From Steroidobacteraceae bacterium (GTDB taxonomy: Bacteria; Pseudomonadota; Gammaproteobacteria; Steroidobacterales; Steroidobacteraceae): a DNA stretch of 64,000 nt. A model generated the notes under the pieces. That model worked only from the letters and a program-made list of their open reading frames with translations, ran no database searches and was not told where the DNA came from. Both the position numbers and the translations under genes were made by a program. The stretch covers positions 131 to 64,130 of the forward strand of contig JBOIAD010000113.1 in NCBI GenBank assembly GCA_050738795.1. The letters are read 5' to 3'. Below are positions 25,131-34,156 of this stretch, in pieces. Each line of letters opens with the position of its first letter. Position 1 is the first letter of the stretch.

Positions 25131-27374
25131 ATGACGAACCGGAATATCGAGTCAGTGTTGCTGGAGGAGCGGTCCTTTCCCCCGCCGCCGGACTTCGCGG
25201 CGCAGGCGGGCCTGAAGGCTGCCGACCTGCAGCGGCTGCAGCGCGCCGCGGCCGCGGATCACACGGGATTCTGGGCGGATCTCGCCCGGCAGGAGCTGAC
25301 CTGGCAAACCCCCTTCACCGTCGCGCTGGACGACTCGCGCGCCCCCAACTATCGCTGGTTCACGGACGGGCGGTTGAATGTCTCCTTCAATTGCCTCGAC
25401 ATCCATCTGCAGGAGCGCGGCCACAAGACGGCGATCATTTTTGAAGGCGAGGGCGCAGATACGCGGCGCCTGAGCTATCGCGAGCTGCATACCGAGGTGT
25501 GCCGGTTCGCGCGTGCCCTGAAGGCACAGGGCGTGCAGCGCGGCGACCGCGTGATTATCTATATGCCGCTGATTCCAGAAGTGGTCATCGCGATGCACGC
25601 GTGCAACCGGATCGGCGCGGTTCACTGCGTGGTGTTCGGGGGATTCTCGGCTCCGGCGCTGAAGGACCGGATCGTGGACACCGAGGCCAAGATCGTCATC
25701 ACCGCGGACGGCGGCTGGCGCGCAGGAAATGTAGTCGAGCTGAAGGCAGCGGCGGATAAGGCGCTCGCCTCCGGCTGCCCCAGCGTCAAGCGCGTCATTG
25801 TGTTTCGGCGGACGGGCAAGCCCGTGGCCATGGATGCAAAGCGCGACCTGTGGTGGCACGAAGCAATCGAGGGCCAACCGCCCACATGCGAGCCGGAGTG
25901 GGTCGACGCGGAGCATCCGCTGTTCCTGCTGCACACCTCGGGCTCGACCGGCAAGCCGAAGGGAATCCAGCATTCGAGCGGCGGCTATTTGCTGGGCGCC
26001 AAGGTGACGACCAAGTGGATATTCGATCTTCGGGATGACGATGTGTTCTGGTGCACCGCCGACGTGGGCTGGGTCACGGGACACAGCTATGTGGCCTATG
26101 GGCCGCTGGCAGCCGGCGCAACCGTCGTGCTTTACGAAGGCGCGCCCACGACTCCGGATGCGGGCAGACTCTGGAAGATCTGCCAGACGCATGGAGTCAG
26201 TATCTTCTACACCGCACCGACCGCGATTCGTGCGTTGATGAAGCTGGGGGAGGAGTGGCCGGCGAAATACGATCTTTCGCGCCTGCGCGTCCTCGGCAGC
26301 GTCGGCGAGCCGATCAACCCGGAGGCCTGGATGTGGTATCACCGCGTGATCGGCAAGGGCCGCTGCCCGATCGTGGATACCTGGTGGCAGACCGAGACCG
26401 GCGCCATACTGATTTCCCCGCTGCCGGGCACCACATCCACGAAGCCCGGGTCCTGCACGAAACCGCTGCCCGGCATCGATGCCGATATCGTGGACGACGA
26501 CGGCAAGCCGGTGAGCAAGGCGGAAGCGGGCGGCTATCTGGTCATCAAGAAACCTTGGCCCTTCATGCTGCGAACGCTGTGGCGTGATAACGACCGCTAC
26601 CTCTCAGCCTACTGGCAAAAGTTCAAGAACCGCTACTACGTCGCCGGCGATAGCGCCCGGCGCGACAAGGATGGCTATTTCTGGATCATGGGGCGCATCG
26701 ATGACGTGTTGAACGTGGCCGGGCACCGTCTGGGCACGATGGAGATCGAGTCCGCACTCGTTTCGCATCCAAGGGTGGCGGAAGCCGCCGTCGTCGGCAA
26801 GCAACACGAGATCAAGGGCGAAGCAGTGTTTGCGTATGTCGTGTTTCGCGGGCAGCGTCCGACCGGCGACACCGCCGCGATGGTGGAAGAGTTGCGCAAT
26901 TGGGTCGCGGAGCAGCTCGGCGCAATTGCCAAGCCGGACGAGATCCGGTTCGCGGACAATCTGCCGAAAACCCGCTCCGGGAAGATCATGCGCCGCCTGC
27001 TGCGATCGATAGCGCGCGGCGAGCCGATCGTGCAGGATGTCTCGACGCTGGAGAATCCGGCGATTCTCGACCAGCTGCGCGGAGTGGATGAGGGGCAGGC
27101 GGCGGCGGCCAAGCCTGCGGCCGGGAAGTCCCGGCCGAGTGCACGGAAGCCGGCTGCGAAGCGATTTGGCGCGAAGCGATCGCCTGGGAAACGATCGCCA
27201 GCGAAAAAATCGCCTGCGAAGGGATCGCGTGCGAGTAAATCGGCGGCCCCGAAGGGCAGATCGCAAAAATCCCGGGCGAAGAAAAAATCCCGGGCGAAGA
27301 CGAGCACAGTAAAGCCCAAGCGCCCGCCGGGGAGGCAGACCAGGAAGACGACAGCCAGACGGAAAAGGCGCTAG
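25131..27374 (+). CDS. acs: Acetyl-CoA synthetase with a ~92-aa polybasic C-terminal extension
   Basis: ATG 25131 ([13 protein letters not shown]). AMP-binding motifs: [39 protein letters not shown]. Conserved regulatory lysine context: [11 protein letters not shown]. The tail runs 27096-27371. The track ORF is over-extended to 24954. Confidence 0.95.
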   Translation: MTNRNIESVLLEERSFPPPPDFAAQAGLKAADLQRLQRAAAADHTGFWADLARQELTWQTPFTVALDDSRAPNYRWFTDGRLNVSFNCLDIHLQERGHKTAIIFEGEGADTRRLSYRELHTEVCRFARALKAQGVQRGDRVIIYMPLIPEVVIAMHACNRIGAVHCVVFGGFSAPALKDRIVDTEAKIVITADGGWRAGNVVELKAAADKALASGCPSVKRVIVFRRTGKPVAMDAKRDLWWHEAIEGQPPTCEPEWVDAEHPLFLLHTSGSTGKPKGIQHSSGGYLLGAKVTTKWIFDLRDDDVFWCTADVGWVTGHSYVAYGPLAAGATVVLYEGAPTTPDAGRLWKICQTHGVSIFYTAPTAIRALMKLGEEWPAKYDLSRLRVLGSVGEPINPEAWMWYHRVIGKGRCPIVDTWWQTETGAILISPLPGTTSTKPGSCTKPLPGIDADIVDDDGKPVSKAEAGGYLVIKKPWPFMLRTLWRDNDRYLSAYWQKFKNRYYVAGDSARRDKDGYFWIMGRIDDVLNVAGHRLGTMEIESALVSHPRVAEAAVVGKQHEIKGEAVFAYVVFRGQRPTGDTAAMVEELRNWVAEQLGAIAKPDEIRFADNLPKTRSGKIMRRLLRSIARGEPIVQDVSTLENPAILDQLRGVDEGQAAAAKPAAGKSRPSARKPAAKRFGAKRSPGKRSPAKKSPAKGSRASKSAAPKGRSQKSRAKKKSRAKTSTVKPKRPPGRQTRKTTARRKRR

Positions 27375-27375
27375 C

Positions 27376-27550
27376 GAGCAAAAGCCACGCCTTTTGTGAG
27401 CGGGCACCGCGCCCCGCGAAATTGAGCGTCTTGGTCGACGGCATGCGCACGATGGACGCGTAGAAGCTCAATTTCGTGGGTGGTCCTCGAAAGGGCCGCA
27501 GGCCTCTTTCGGCAATCAGACCAGTGAGCAAAAGCCACGCCTTTTGAGCG
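27376..27550. repeat. Composite repeat mosaic: H1-like hairpin, P palindromic element, H2 hairpin, H1-like hairpin
   Basis: H1-like GCAAAAG-CCACGC-CTTTTG at 27378-27396 and 27528-27546. P element at 27411-27483, with arms CGAAATTGAGC (27417) and GCTCAATTTCG (27466). H2 CGAAAGGGCC-GCA-GGCCTCTTTCG at 27488-27511. Confidence 0.85.
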
Positions 27551-27577
27551 CCACTTCACTCCGAGTGCCTGCACGCG

Positions 27578-29176
27578 TCATGCAAGAGTGATGATCACGC
27601 CTTCGTTTGCGCGCAGATTGACCTCGCCATGGCTCGCTTCGTCTTCGCGATCGAGATGGGTAGACAGAACGATCCGGCCGCGGTTGCCGATGACGTTCGC
27701 GAAAGACACTGCGTGCGGCTCGGCTCCGAGATTCAAGGTCACGAGCAAACGCACTCCTGCGGCTTCGCGAACGAACGCGAGCAGATCGCCCGTCATGGCG
27801 AGCGGGTTGTAAGCGCCGTACACGAGCGCCGGCGTCGCGCGCCTCAACGAGATCAAGCGACGATACAGCGTGAGAATCGAAGTTGGGTCTGCGTTCTGTG
27901 CCTCGACATTGACAACCGGATAGTCGTCGTCAACAGGCAGCCATGGCGTGCCGCGCGTGAAGCCTGCGCTGGCTGAGCCATCCCACTGCATCGGCGTGCG
28001 GCTGGGGTCGCGACCGTGCCCGAAGCCCGGCACGTTCCGTTCGTACGGATCCTGAATCCGGTCCGATGGAATGCTCACATTGAGCATGCCGATCTCGTCC
28101 CCGTAATACATTGTCGGCGTGCCGCGCAGCGTCAGCAGCAGCATCGCCGCCACCCGCGCCTGCTGCACGCCGATGCGGCTGGCGATGCGCGGCCTGTCGT
28201 GATTGCCCAGGACCCAGTTGGGCCATCCTCCTTCGGGCAACGCCGCCTCATACTCGTCGATGAGGGAGGCGATGCCACGTGCATTCCAGGGAGCTTCGAG
28301 GAGTTGGAAGTTGAATGGCAGATTCGCCCCCTTGAGGTCCGCGCCGTAGTAGGCGACGAGGCGCTCGATGGGCAGGTAGATCTCGCCGATCAGGACCCGC
28401 TCGTCGTATTCGTCCATCACACGGCGCAGGCCGGCCACCACTTCCTGCACCTCCGGACGATCGGCGGTGTAGAGCATGAGCTGGCCCGCGTGCGCGGGAT
28501 CACCGGGCCTGCAGGCGCGATTCGGCGGATTGTCGCGAAACTGCTCGTCCTTGATGAGAAGCCACAGGACATCCACCCGGAATCCGTCCACGCCGCGGTC
28601 GAGCCAGAAGCGCAGCACGGCGTGCATGGCTGCGCGCACCTGCGGGTTGCGCCAGTTCAGATCCGGCTGGGCTGCCAGAAACGCGTGATAGTAGTACTGG
28701 CCGCTGCGCTCATCGAATTCCCAGGCGCTGCCCCCGAAATGGCTCAGCCAATTGTTGGGCGGGCCGCCCCCGGGCGCCGGATCGCGCCAGAGGTACCAGT
28801 CGCGTTGCGCGCTGCCGCGGGAAGCGCGCGATTCGATGAACCAGGGATGCCGATCGGAGGTGTGATTCGGGACATAGTCGAGTATCAGCTTCAGGCCCCG
28901 GCGATGCGCCGAATCCAGCAGGCGGTCGAACTCCTCGAGAGTGCCAAAGGACGGATCCACGTTCGTGTAATCCGATACGTCATAGCCAAAGTCCCGCATC
29001 GGCGACGGGTAGATCGGCGACAGCCACACGGCATCGACACCGAGCGCCGCCAGATAATCGAGGCGGCCGATGATTCCGCGCAGGTCCCCGATACCATCGG
29101 CGTCACTATCGAGAAAGGAGCGCGGGTAGACCTGATAGATGATCCCGCGCTGCCACCAGCTTTTATTCGCTCGCAT
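27578..29176 (-). CDS. GH13 alpha-glucosidase / oligo-1,6-glucosidase-type alpha-amylase family protein
   Basis: WWQRGIIYQVYPRSFLDSDADGIGDLRGI...LGVDAVWLSPIYPSP..DFGYDVSDY; LILDYVPNHTS; GVDGFRVDV; GEIY; LGNHDRPR. Confidence 0.92.
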   Translation of the reverse strand: MRANKSWWQRGIIYQVYPRSFLDSDADGIGDLRGIIGRLDYLAALGVDAVWLSPIYPSPMRDFGYDVSDYTNVDPSFGTLEEFDRLLDSAHRRGLKLILDYVPNHTSDRHPWFIESRASRGSAQRDWYLWRDPAPGGGPPNNWLSHFGGSAWEFDERSGQYYYHAFLAAQPDLNWRNPQVRAAMHAVLRFWLDRGVDGFRVDVLWLLIKDEQFRDNPPNRACRPGDPAHAGQLMLYTADRPEVQEVVAGLRRVMDEYDERVLIGEIYLPIERLVAYYGADLKGANLPFNFQLLEAPWNARGIASLIDEYEAALPEGGWPNWVLGNHDRPRIASRIGVQQARVAAMLLLTLRGTPTMYYGDEIGMLNVSIPSDRIQDPYERNVPGFGHGRDPSRTPMQWDGSASAGFTRGTPWLPVDDDYPVVNVEAQNADPTSILTLYRRLISLRRATPALVYGAYNPLAMTGDLLAFVREAAGVRLLVTLNLGAEPHAVSFANVIGNRGRIVLSTHLDREDEASHGEVNLRANEGVIITLA

Positions 29177-29265
29177 GAGTCTTCACAATTGGCGTCCGCC
29201 TCGAGTCCGAAGTACAACGAGGCGTTGCAGCAGTCGTTCCCGTCAATGTTGGACAGGAGAGAGAC

Positions 29266-29742
29266 ATGTCACCGAAGAAGCCCGCGCTCGACCCCCGGTC
29301 AGTCGAGCCCATCAGCAGAACGAACTATCCGGAGCCGTACCGTTCACGCGTGCTGCCCCGCGAGCGGCGGCGGCTCGGAGACGCGGTCGGGCTGACGAAG
29401 ATCGGAATCAACCACACGACGCTGCAGCCCGGCAAGGAATCCTCGATGCGTCACTGGCACACGCACGAGGACGAGTTTGTCTTCATGCTGGAAGGTGAAG
29501 TCGTGCTGCGCACCGGTGAGGGCGAGCAGCTCTTGAGCGCGGGCATGTGCGCTGGGTTTGCGGCGGGGAGCGACGACGGACATCAGCTCATCAATCGCAG
29601 CAGCACGCCGGCGGTATATCTGGAGATCAGCAACCGTGACGCTGAGGACAGCGCTTATTATTCCGATCCCGATGTGGACCTGATGGCGAACCCTCCGAAC
29701 GCCCGGGGACGCTTTACCCGTCGGGACGGAACGCCTATCTGA
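29266..29742 (+). CDS. Cupin-domain protein
   Basis: Cupin motifs: GKESSMRHWHTHEDEFVFMLEGEVVLRTGEG...AGMCAGF. Confidence 0.8.
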   Translation: MSPKKPALDPRSVEPISRTNYPEPYRSRVLPRERRRLGDAVGLTKIGINHTTLQPGKESSMRHWHTHEDEFVFMLEGEVVLRTGEGEQLLSAGMCAGFAAGSDDGHQLINRSSTPAVYLEISNRDAEDSAYYSDPDVDLMANPPNARGRFTRRDGTPI

Positions 29743-29883
29743 GCCTTCGCCCGGCGCACGACCTGCTGCCCGTTCCCCGCGATTTTTTGCCGAGGCGGCC
29801 TGCCGACTGTGGCCATGCGCCTGGTCGGCACGAGGTACGGAACTTGCGGCGTGCCTGCTACGCAAGCCGCTAACGAGGCAAGC

Positions 29884-30243
29884 ATGGGCGAAGTCATACA
29901 TGTCGCCTTCGGCACCGAGCGCGAATGGGAGCAGACCCGAGCGAAGACGGCCGACGGCCTGATCACGATCGGCTCGTTGTTCGGCGACGACGAGGCTCTT
30001 ATGCGCGCCAAGGCGGACTGCGTCTATCAGATTCTGCGGGAGATCGTGGAGGACGTGCCTGCCGTGCAGATCACCACCAGGATGCCCGAAAACCTGTCCG
30101 AAGAGCAGCTCGATGCGCTGACAGGCGTGATCAAGGAAGCTGCGCTGAAAGGAATCGAAATCGCGATGACCCATTCCGTGCAGGTGCTGATGAGCTCCAT
30201 CTACGACCTGTGCACCTCGAAACTGCACGCCTACCCGCAGTGA
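29884..30243 (+). CDS. Hypothetical protein (119 aa)
   Basis: ATG 29884. Balanced, helical-looking composition, unlike the Arg/Ala/Pro-rich shadow ORFs. I do not recognise a family. Confidence 0.5.
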   Translation: MGEVIHVAFGTEREWEQTRAKTADGLITIGSLFGDDEALMRAKADCVYQILREIVEDVPAVQITTRMPENLSEEQLDALTGVIKEAALKGIEIAMTHSVQVLMSSIYDLCTSKLHAYPQ

Positions 30244-30248
30244 GGAGA

Positions 30249-30848
30249 TCAGCGGCCCGCAGGCATCAGTCGCAGGGTGTATGAAACGGTTACGTCGTTG
30301 CCGACCCACTCGGTCGACTTCCAGTCGCCCTGCCCGACTCCGAAGTCGAGCCGCTTGATCGTCGTCTGCCCGGTCAGGTAGCCGGCGGCCTTGCCTTGCT
30401 CGTCGGCCGTGCGGAAAGTGAAAGACACGTGCTGATCGCGTGTGACACCTCGTATCGTGAGTTTACCCACGGCGTCGTAACCGTTTGCCGTCTTGCCGAT
30501 CTGTGTGGAAGTGAAGCGCGCCTGCGGATATTTCGCAACGTCGAACAGGTCGGAGTCGCGCAGCGTGTCGTCGCGCTCCTGATCGCCGGTATCGAGCGAG
30601 CTCATTTGCACGACGACATCGAGCTTGCTCGACGCGAGAGCGTCCGGGGAGAAGTCCAGGGTCACCGGAAACCTGGCGAACTTGCCCTGGTTGCGAGCGC
30701 CGGCCTGGACGAACTGGAATCCGAGCGAGCTCTTCGCCGGATCGAGCGTGTACCGGGTCACCGGCGCGGCGCCGGCTGCCGCCGCCGTGGACAGCGCAAC
30801 AGCAAGTAGAGCGGCACGGAGCGTGAAGCTCGCGGAAACAGTCATCAT
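30249..30848 (-). CDS. YceI-family periplasmic (polyisoprenoid-binding-like) protein
   Basis: Signal peptide: LRAALLAVALSTAAAAGA. YceI-like pattern: YTLDPAKSSLGFQF...FARFPVTLDF...SLDTGDQERDDTLRDSDLFDVAKYPQARF...GKLTIRGVT. Confidence 0.88.
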   Translation of the reverse strand: MMTVSASFTLRAALLAVALSTAAAAGAAPVTRYTLDPAKSSLGFQFVQAGARNQGKFARFPVTLDFSPDALASSKLDVVVQMSSLDTGDQERDDTLRDSDLFDVAKYPQARFTSTQIGKTANGYDAVGKLTIRGVTRDQHVSFTFRTADEQGKAAGYLTGQTTIKRLDFGVGQGDWKSTEWVGNDVTVSYTLRLMPAGR

Positions 30849-30857
30849 TGGTTTACC

Positions 30858-31415
30858 TCAACGGGGTTTGTTCGTGCGGGGCAACATCCGCCTCAGTACG
30901 TCATCCTTCAATACGAAGTGATGCTTCATGGCGGCCGCAACGTGCAGGAAAACGACGGCGTAGAGTGTCGCCGCCAGCGCGTGGTGAGTCTCTCTCATGG
31001 TGTCGTAGAGCCACTTGCTCTTGGGAACGAAATCCGGCAGCTGAAAGAAATTGAACCAGCTGACCGGGAACCCGCGCGCCGAGGTCATCATCCACCCGGT
31101 CAGGGGCATCGCGAACAGCAGCAAGTACAGTGCCGCATGCGTGGAGCGTGCCAGTGCACGCTCGTAGGGCCTGAGCGTGGTCGGCAACGGCGGTGACGGA
31201 TTGGCCCCGCGCCATGCGAGGCGGATCACCGCGAGACCCAGGATGGTGATGCCCACCGACTTATGGCGCGCGAACATCGCCAGCTTCTTCACTCCAATGG
31301 GTAGATCCTCGGCGATATTGGCAAGGATCACTTGCGTGATGATCAATGCGACGATCAGCCAGTGCAGAAACTGGGAGACCGCGCCCCAGCGGGCAGTAGT
31401 GTTTCGAACGGACAT
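30858..31415 (-). CDS. Cytochrome b561 family protein
   Basis: Four-TM protein with conserved His ligands: QFLHWLIVALI...FARHKSVGITILGL...STHAALYLLLFAMPLTGW...THHALAATLYAVVFLHVAAA. ATG 31415; an upstream TTG at 31433 is possible. Confidence 0.88.
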   Translation of the reverse strand: MSVRNTTARWGAVSQFLHWLIVALIITQVILANIAEDLPIGVKKLAMFARHKSVGITILGLAVIRLAWRGANPSPPLPTTLRPYERALARSTHAALYLLLFAMPLTGWMMTSARGFPVSWFNFFQLPDFVPKSKWLYDTMRETHHALAATLYAVVFLHVAAAMKHHFVLKDDVLRRMLPRTNKPR

Positions 31416-31433
31416 GAGTCTAAGCTTAAGCAA

Positions 31434-32210
31434 ATGAGCGTGAGTTTCAAAATGGCGATGTTACGCGACGCCTGCGCGGCGTTCCTCCTGGTCATGTTTC
31501 TCGCGGCTTGCCCAACGGGTCCGCACGGGCCGGGAACGCCTTCGCCCACACCGGTGGAACGCCGGCCAGTGGAACAACCCGCGGCCCCGGAAGTTCCGCG
31601 GCACGAAGGCCGCCCATACGATGTCGCGTCCAGCGAGTCCTTGTTGACCATTCTTGCGTTTCGAGGCGGTGCGTTCGCCAAGGCCGGACACAATCACGTG
31701 ATCGCCGCGCACGACCTGTCCGGGACGGTGTACGTTCCCGATGACGTGACGCATTCGACCTTCGAGCTGCGCTTTTCGGTCGCTCAACTGGCGATCGATG
31801 AGCCTGAGTTGCGCGCGAACGAGGGTGCGGATTTTCCACCGGACGTGCCCGATGCCGCCAAGGAGGGTACCCGCCGCAACATGTTGAGCGAGGCGTTGCT
31901 CAATGGCGCGCAATATCCGGATATCACCCTGGAGTGCGAACGCATTGAAGCCGGCGCGGCTGGAACGGCGACACAAGCGCAGGTGCGCGTCGCCATCCGC
32001 GGTCAAACCCATTCCGTAGCTGTTCCGGTGCGCTACGAGCTGCGCAGCGACCGTCTTGTCGCATCCGGTGAGCTTGCAATCAAACAGAGCGAGCTGGGCC
32101 TGACTCCGTTCAGCGCCATGATGGGGGCGCTGCAGGTCCAGGACGAATTGCACATCCGGTTCCACCTCGTGGCGCATGCCGCGCAGGTCCATGGCGCCGC
32201 GGGAACCTGA
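31434..32210 (+). CDS. YceI-like domain lipoprotein
   Basis: Lipobox: FLLVMFLAAC. YceI-like core: LTILAFRGGAFAKAGHNHVIAAHDLSGTVYV. Alternative ATG starts at 31452 and 31458. Confidence 0.75.
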   Translation: MSVSFKMAMLRDACAAFLLVMFLAACPTGPHGPGTPSPTPVERRPVEQPAAPEVPRHEGRPYDVASSESLLTILAFRGGAFAKAGHNHVIAAHDLSGTVYVPDDVTHSTFELRFSVAQLAIDEPELRANEGADFPPDVPDAAKEGTRRNMLSEALLNGAQYPDITLECERIEAGAAGTATQAQVRVAIRGQTHSVAVPVRYELRSDRLVASGELAIKQSELGLTPFSAMMGALQVQDELHIRFHLVAHAAQVHGAAGT

Positions 32211-32235
32211 GCACGCACTGTCCTACGCCCGCAGG

Positions 32236-32955
32236 TCAAATCACGCCCTCCAGCAGCAGAAGCGATGTTCCCTCGGGGGCTTGCAGCAGAGCGTTGCCCC
32301 CGGCCGCGACGCCGCGCGGCAGGGCGGCGGACATCTTCAGGCCGAGCTCGCGCAGGCGTGAAATGCGTGCGGACATCTGCGGGTCGAGGAATACGAGCAT
32401 CGGCGAGTCGAACGTGCCCGGGTGATGAAACGCGATGTCCAGGTGATCGCTCGTGAGCGGCAGGTGCGCGTAGGGAGTATCCGACTGGCCGGTCGCGACG
32501 AAACCCAACGGCTCCCAGAATTCCCGGGCGGCCTCGAAGTCCCGCGCAGGCAGGCTTAGCTCGCAGAAATAGCCGCACTGCGACATCTCGTCGGGCTCGC
32601 GCGCAACGGGAGAATAAGTACGCGCTTCGATCCCCGTCACCGCATTGCCCGCCACGTCGCAAAATCCGATCTCGTTGAATACCTCATCGCCCGTTCTGCA
32701 CACCGTGAGCTCGATGCCGCGAGCTGCGAATTGTGCCAGGCGGCTGGCAACGCCGGGTACCAGGAACGTAAGCGATGGCGAAGGCGCGCGCCGCTGATGC
32801 AGGCCTATGAACACCCGGCCGTCGGTCAACACACCGTACGCATGCGGCCAGGTGTCAGTCGTGGGCGCCTGCGTGAAGCCGAGTGATTCGTAGAATTCGA
32901 CGGACGCGCGAATGTCCGTGGTACAGATGCTGATCTCGTGGAACCGGCCGAGCAC
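32236..32955 (-). CDS. Two-domain VOC (glyoxalase/bleomycin-resistance/dioxygenase) family protein
   Basis: The motif is repeated: FHEISICTTDIRASVEFYESLGF and YFCELSLPARDFEAAREFWEPLGF. Confidence 0.8.
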   Translation of the reverse strand: MLGRFHEISICTTDIRASVEFYESLGFTQAPTTDTWPHAYGVLTDGRVFIGLHQRRAPSPSLTFLVPGVASRLAQFAARGIELTVCRTGDEVFNEIGFCDVAGNAVTGIEARTYSPVAREPDEMSQCGYFCELSLPARDFEAAREFWEPLGFVATGQSDTPYAHLPLTSDHLDIAFHHPGTFDSPMLVFLDPQMSARISRLRELGLKMSAALPRGVAAGGNALLQAPEGTSLLLLEGVI

Positions 32956-32982
32956 GTTTGCCGCGATCGCCGGGCTGCCGCC

Positions 32983-34059
32983 TCAGGCGGATGCACCGCG
33001 CGCGGCGCCAGCCGGCCGCAGACCCAGCTCGACATGCGTCCAGCCCTGGCAGTGCCGCGCAATGAGCTCGGCCAGGAACCGCGCGTGCTCCGCCCGGGCG
33101 TTGAGGGCGGGCACGTACTGAAAGCGCTCGCCGCCCGCTGCCATGAAGCGGTCGCGATTCTCCATCGCGATCTCCTCCAGCGTCTCCAGGCAATCCACGG
33201 CAAAACCCGGGCAGACCACCGTGACCTGGCGCGTCCCGCGGGCCGGCATCTGCTCCAGCACCTTGCTGGTGTAGGGCTTGAGCCAGCCGTCGGGTCCAAA
33301 GCGGGACTGAAAGCTCACGCTCCACTCGTCGTCCTTCAGCAGGAGCTCATCGGCCAGCAGCCGCGCCGTTTTCTGGCACTTGCAGAAATACGGATCGCCC
33401 TTGTGAAAGTAGCGCTCGGGTATGCCGTGAAAAGAGATCAGCAGATGTTGAGTTCTGCCCTGCGCTTCCCAATGCTGGACGACACTGGCGCGCAGCGCGT
33501 CGATATAACCGGGATCATCGTGGTACTCGGCCACGTAACGCAGCTCCGGCAGCCAGCGCCAGCGGCGCAGCTCGGCATTCACCTGGTCGTAGGCCGCACC
33601 GGTCGTCGCTCCACAGTACTGCGGAAACAGCGGTACGACCAGGATGCGCTGGGCGCCCGACTCGCGCAGCCGCGTAAGCCCTCGAGGCACGGTCGGCTGG
33701 CCGCCGTACAACATTCCGAGCTCGATCGAAAAAGGTGCCAGCACGCGCTGCGCGAGCGTGCCCGTCAGTTCCGTGCGCAGCCGCGTCGACAGATCGAGCA
33801 GGGGCGCTCCGGAAGTCGACCAGATCTTGCGGTACCTGCGCGCGGAGCGCCGTGGCCGCAAGGGCAGGACGAAGCCGTAAAGAATGGGCAGCCACAGCAG
33901 TCGAGGCAGCTCCACCACGCGAGGATCACCAAGCAGTCCCGCAAGGAATCTGCGCACGTCCGCCGGCGCCGCCGAGGCCGGCGTACCCGAGTTCACGAGC
34001 AGGATGCCGATACGCTCGGCGCCGTCGCGGTGGAAATCGGGGGAGCTGATGTAGCGCAT
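32983..34059 (-). CDS. hemH: Ferrochelatase
   Basis: ATG 34059 (MRYISSPDF...IGILLVNSGTP). Also RRFLAGLLGDPRVVELP, LFPQYCGATTGA, SFHGIPERY, and CPGFAVDCLETLEEI. The track ORF is over-extended to 34371. Confidence 0.93.
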   Translation of the reverse strand: MRYISSPDFHRDGAERIGILLVNSGTPASAAPADVRRFLAGLLGDPRVVELPRLLWLPILYGFVLPLRPRRSARRYRKIWSTSGAPLLDLSTRLRTELTGTLAQRVLAPFSIELGMLYGGQPTVPRGLTRLRESGAQRILVVPLFPQYCGATTGAAYDQVNAELRRWRWLPELRYVAEYHDDPGYIDALRASVVQHWEAQGRTQHLLISFHGIPERYFHKGDPYFCKCQKTARLLADELLLKDDEWSVSFQSRFGPDGWLKPYTSKVLEQMPARGTRQVTVVCPGFAVDCLETLEEIAMENRDRFMAAGGERFQYVPALNARAEHARFLAELIARHCQGWTHVELGLRPAGAARGASA

Positions 34060-34156
34060 GGGAGTCAAGATACCGCAAGCCGCGCGCCGCAGGCCACTCC
34101 GGGCGGATGGCTCCCGGCGCAGGGCGCTTTCGACCACCGACCGGGTGTTACGCAGA

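Noticed and set aside
27096-27374. The basic tail of Acs as a separate small gene or a frameshift artefact
   Set aside because: The frame is continuous with the Acs core with no intervening stop or obvious start/SD. I cannot exclude an assembly indel without reads, so it is kept as a finding with that caveat.
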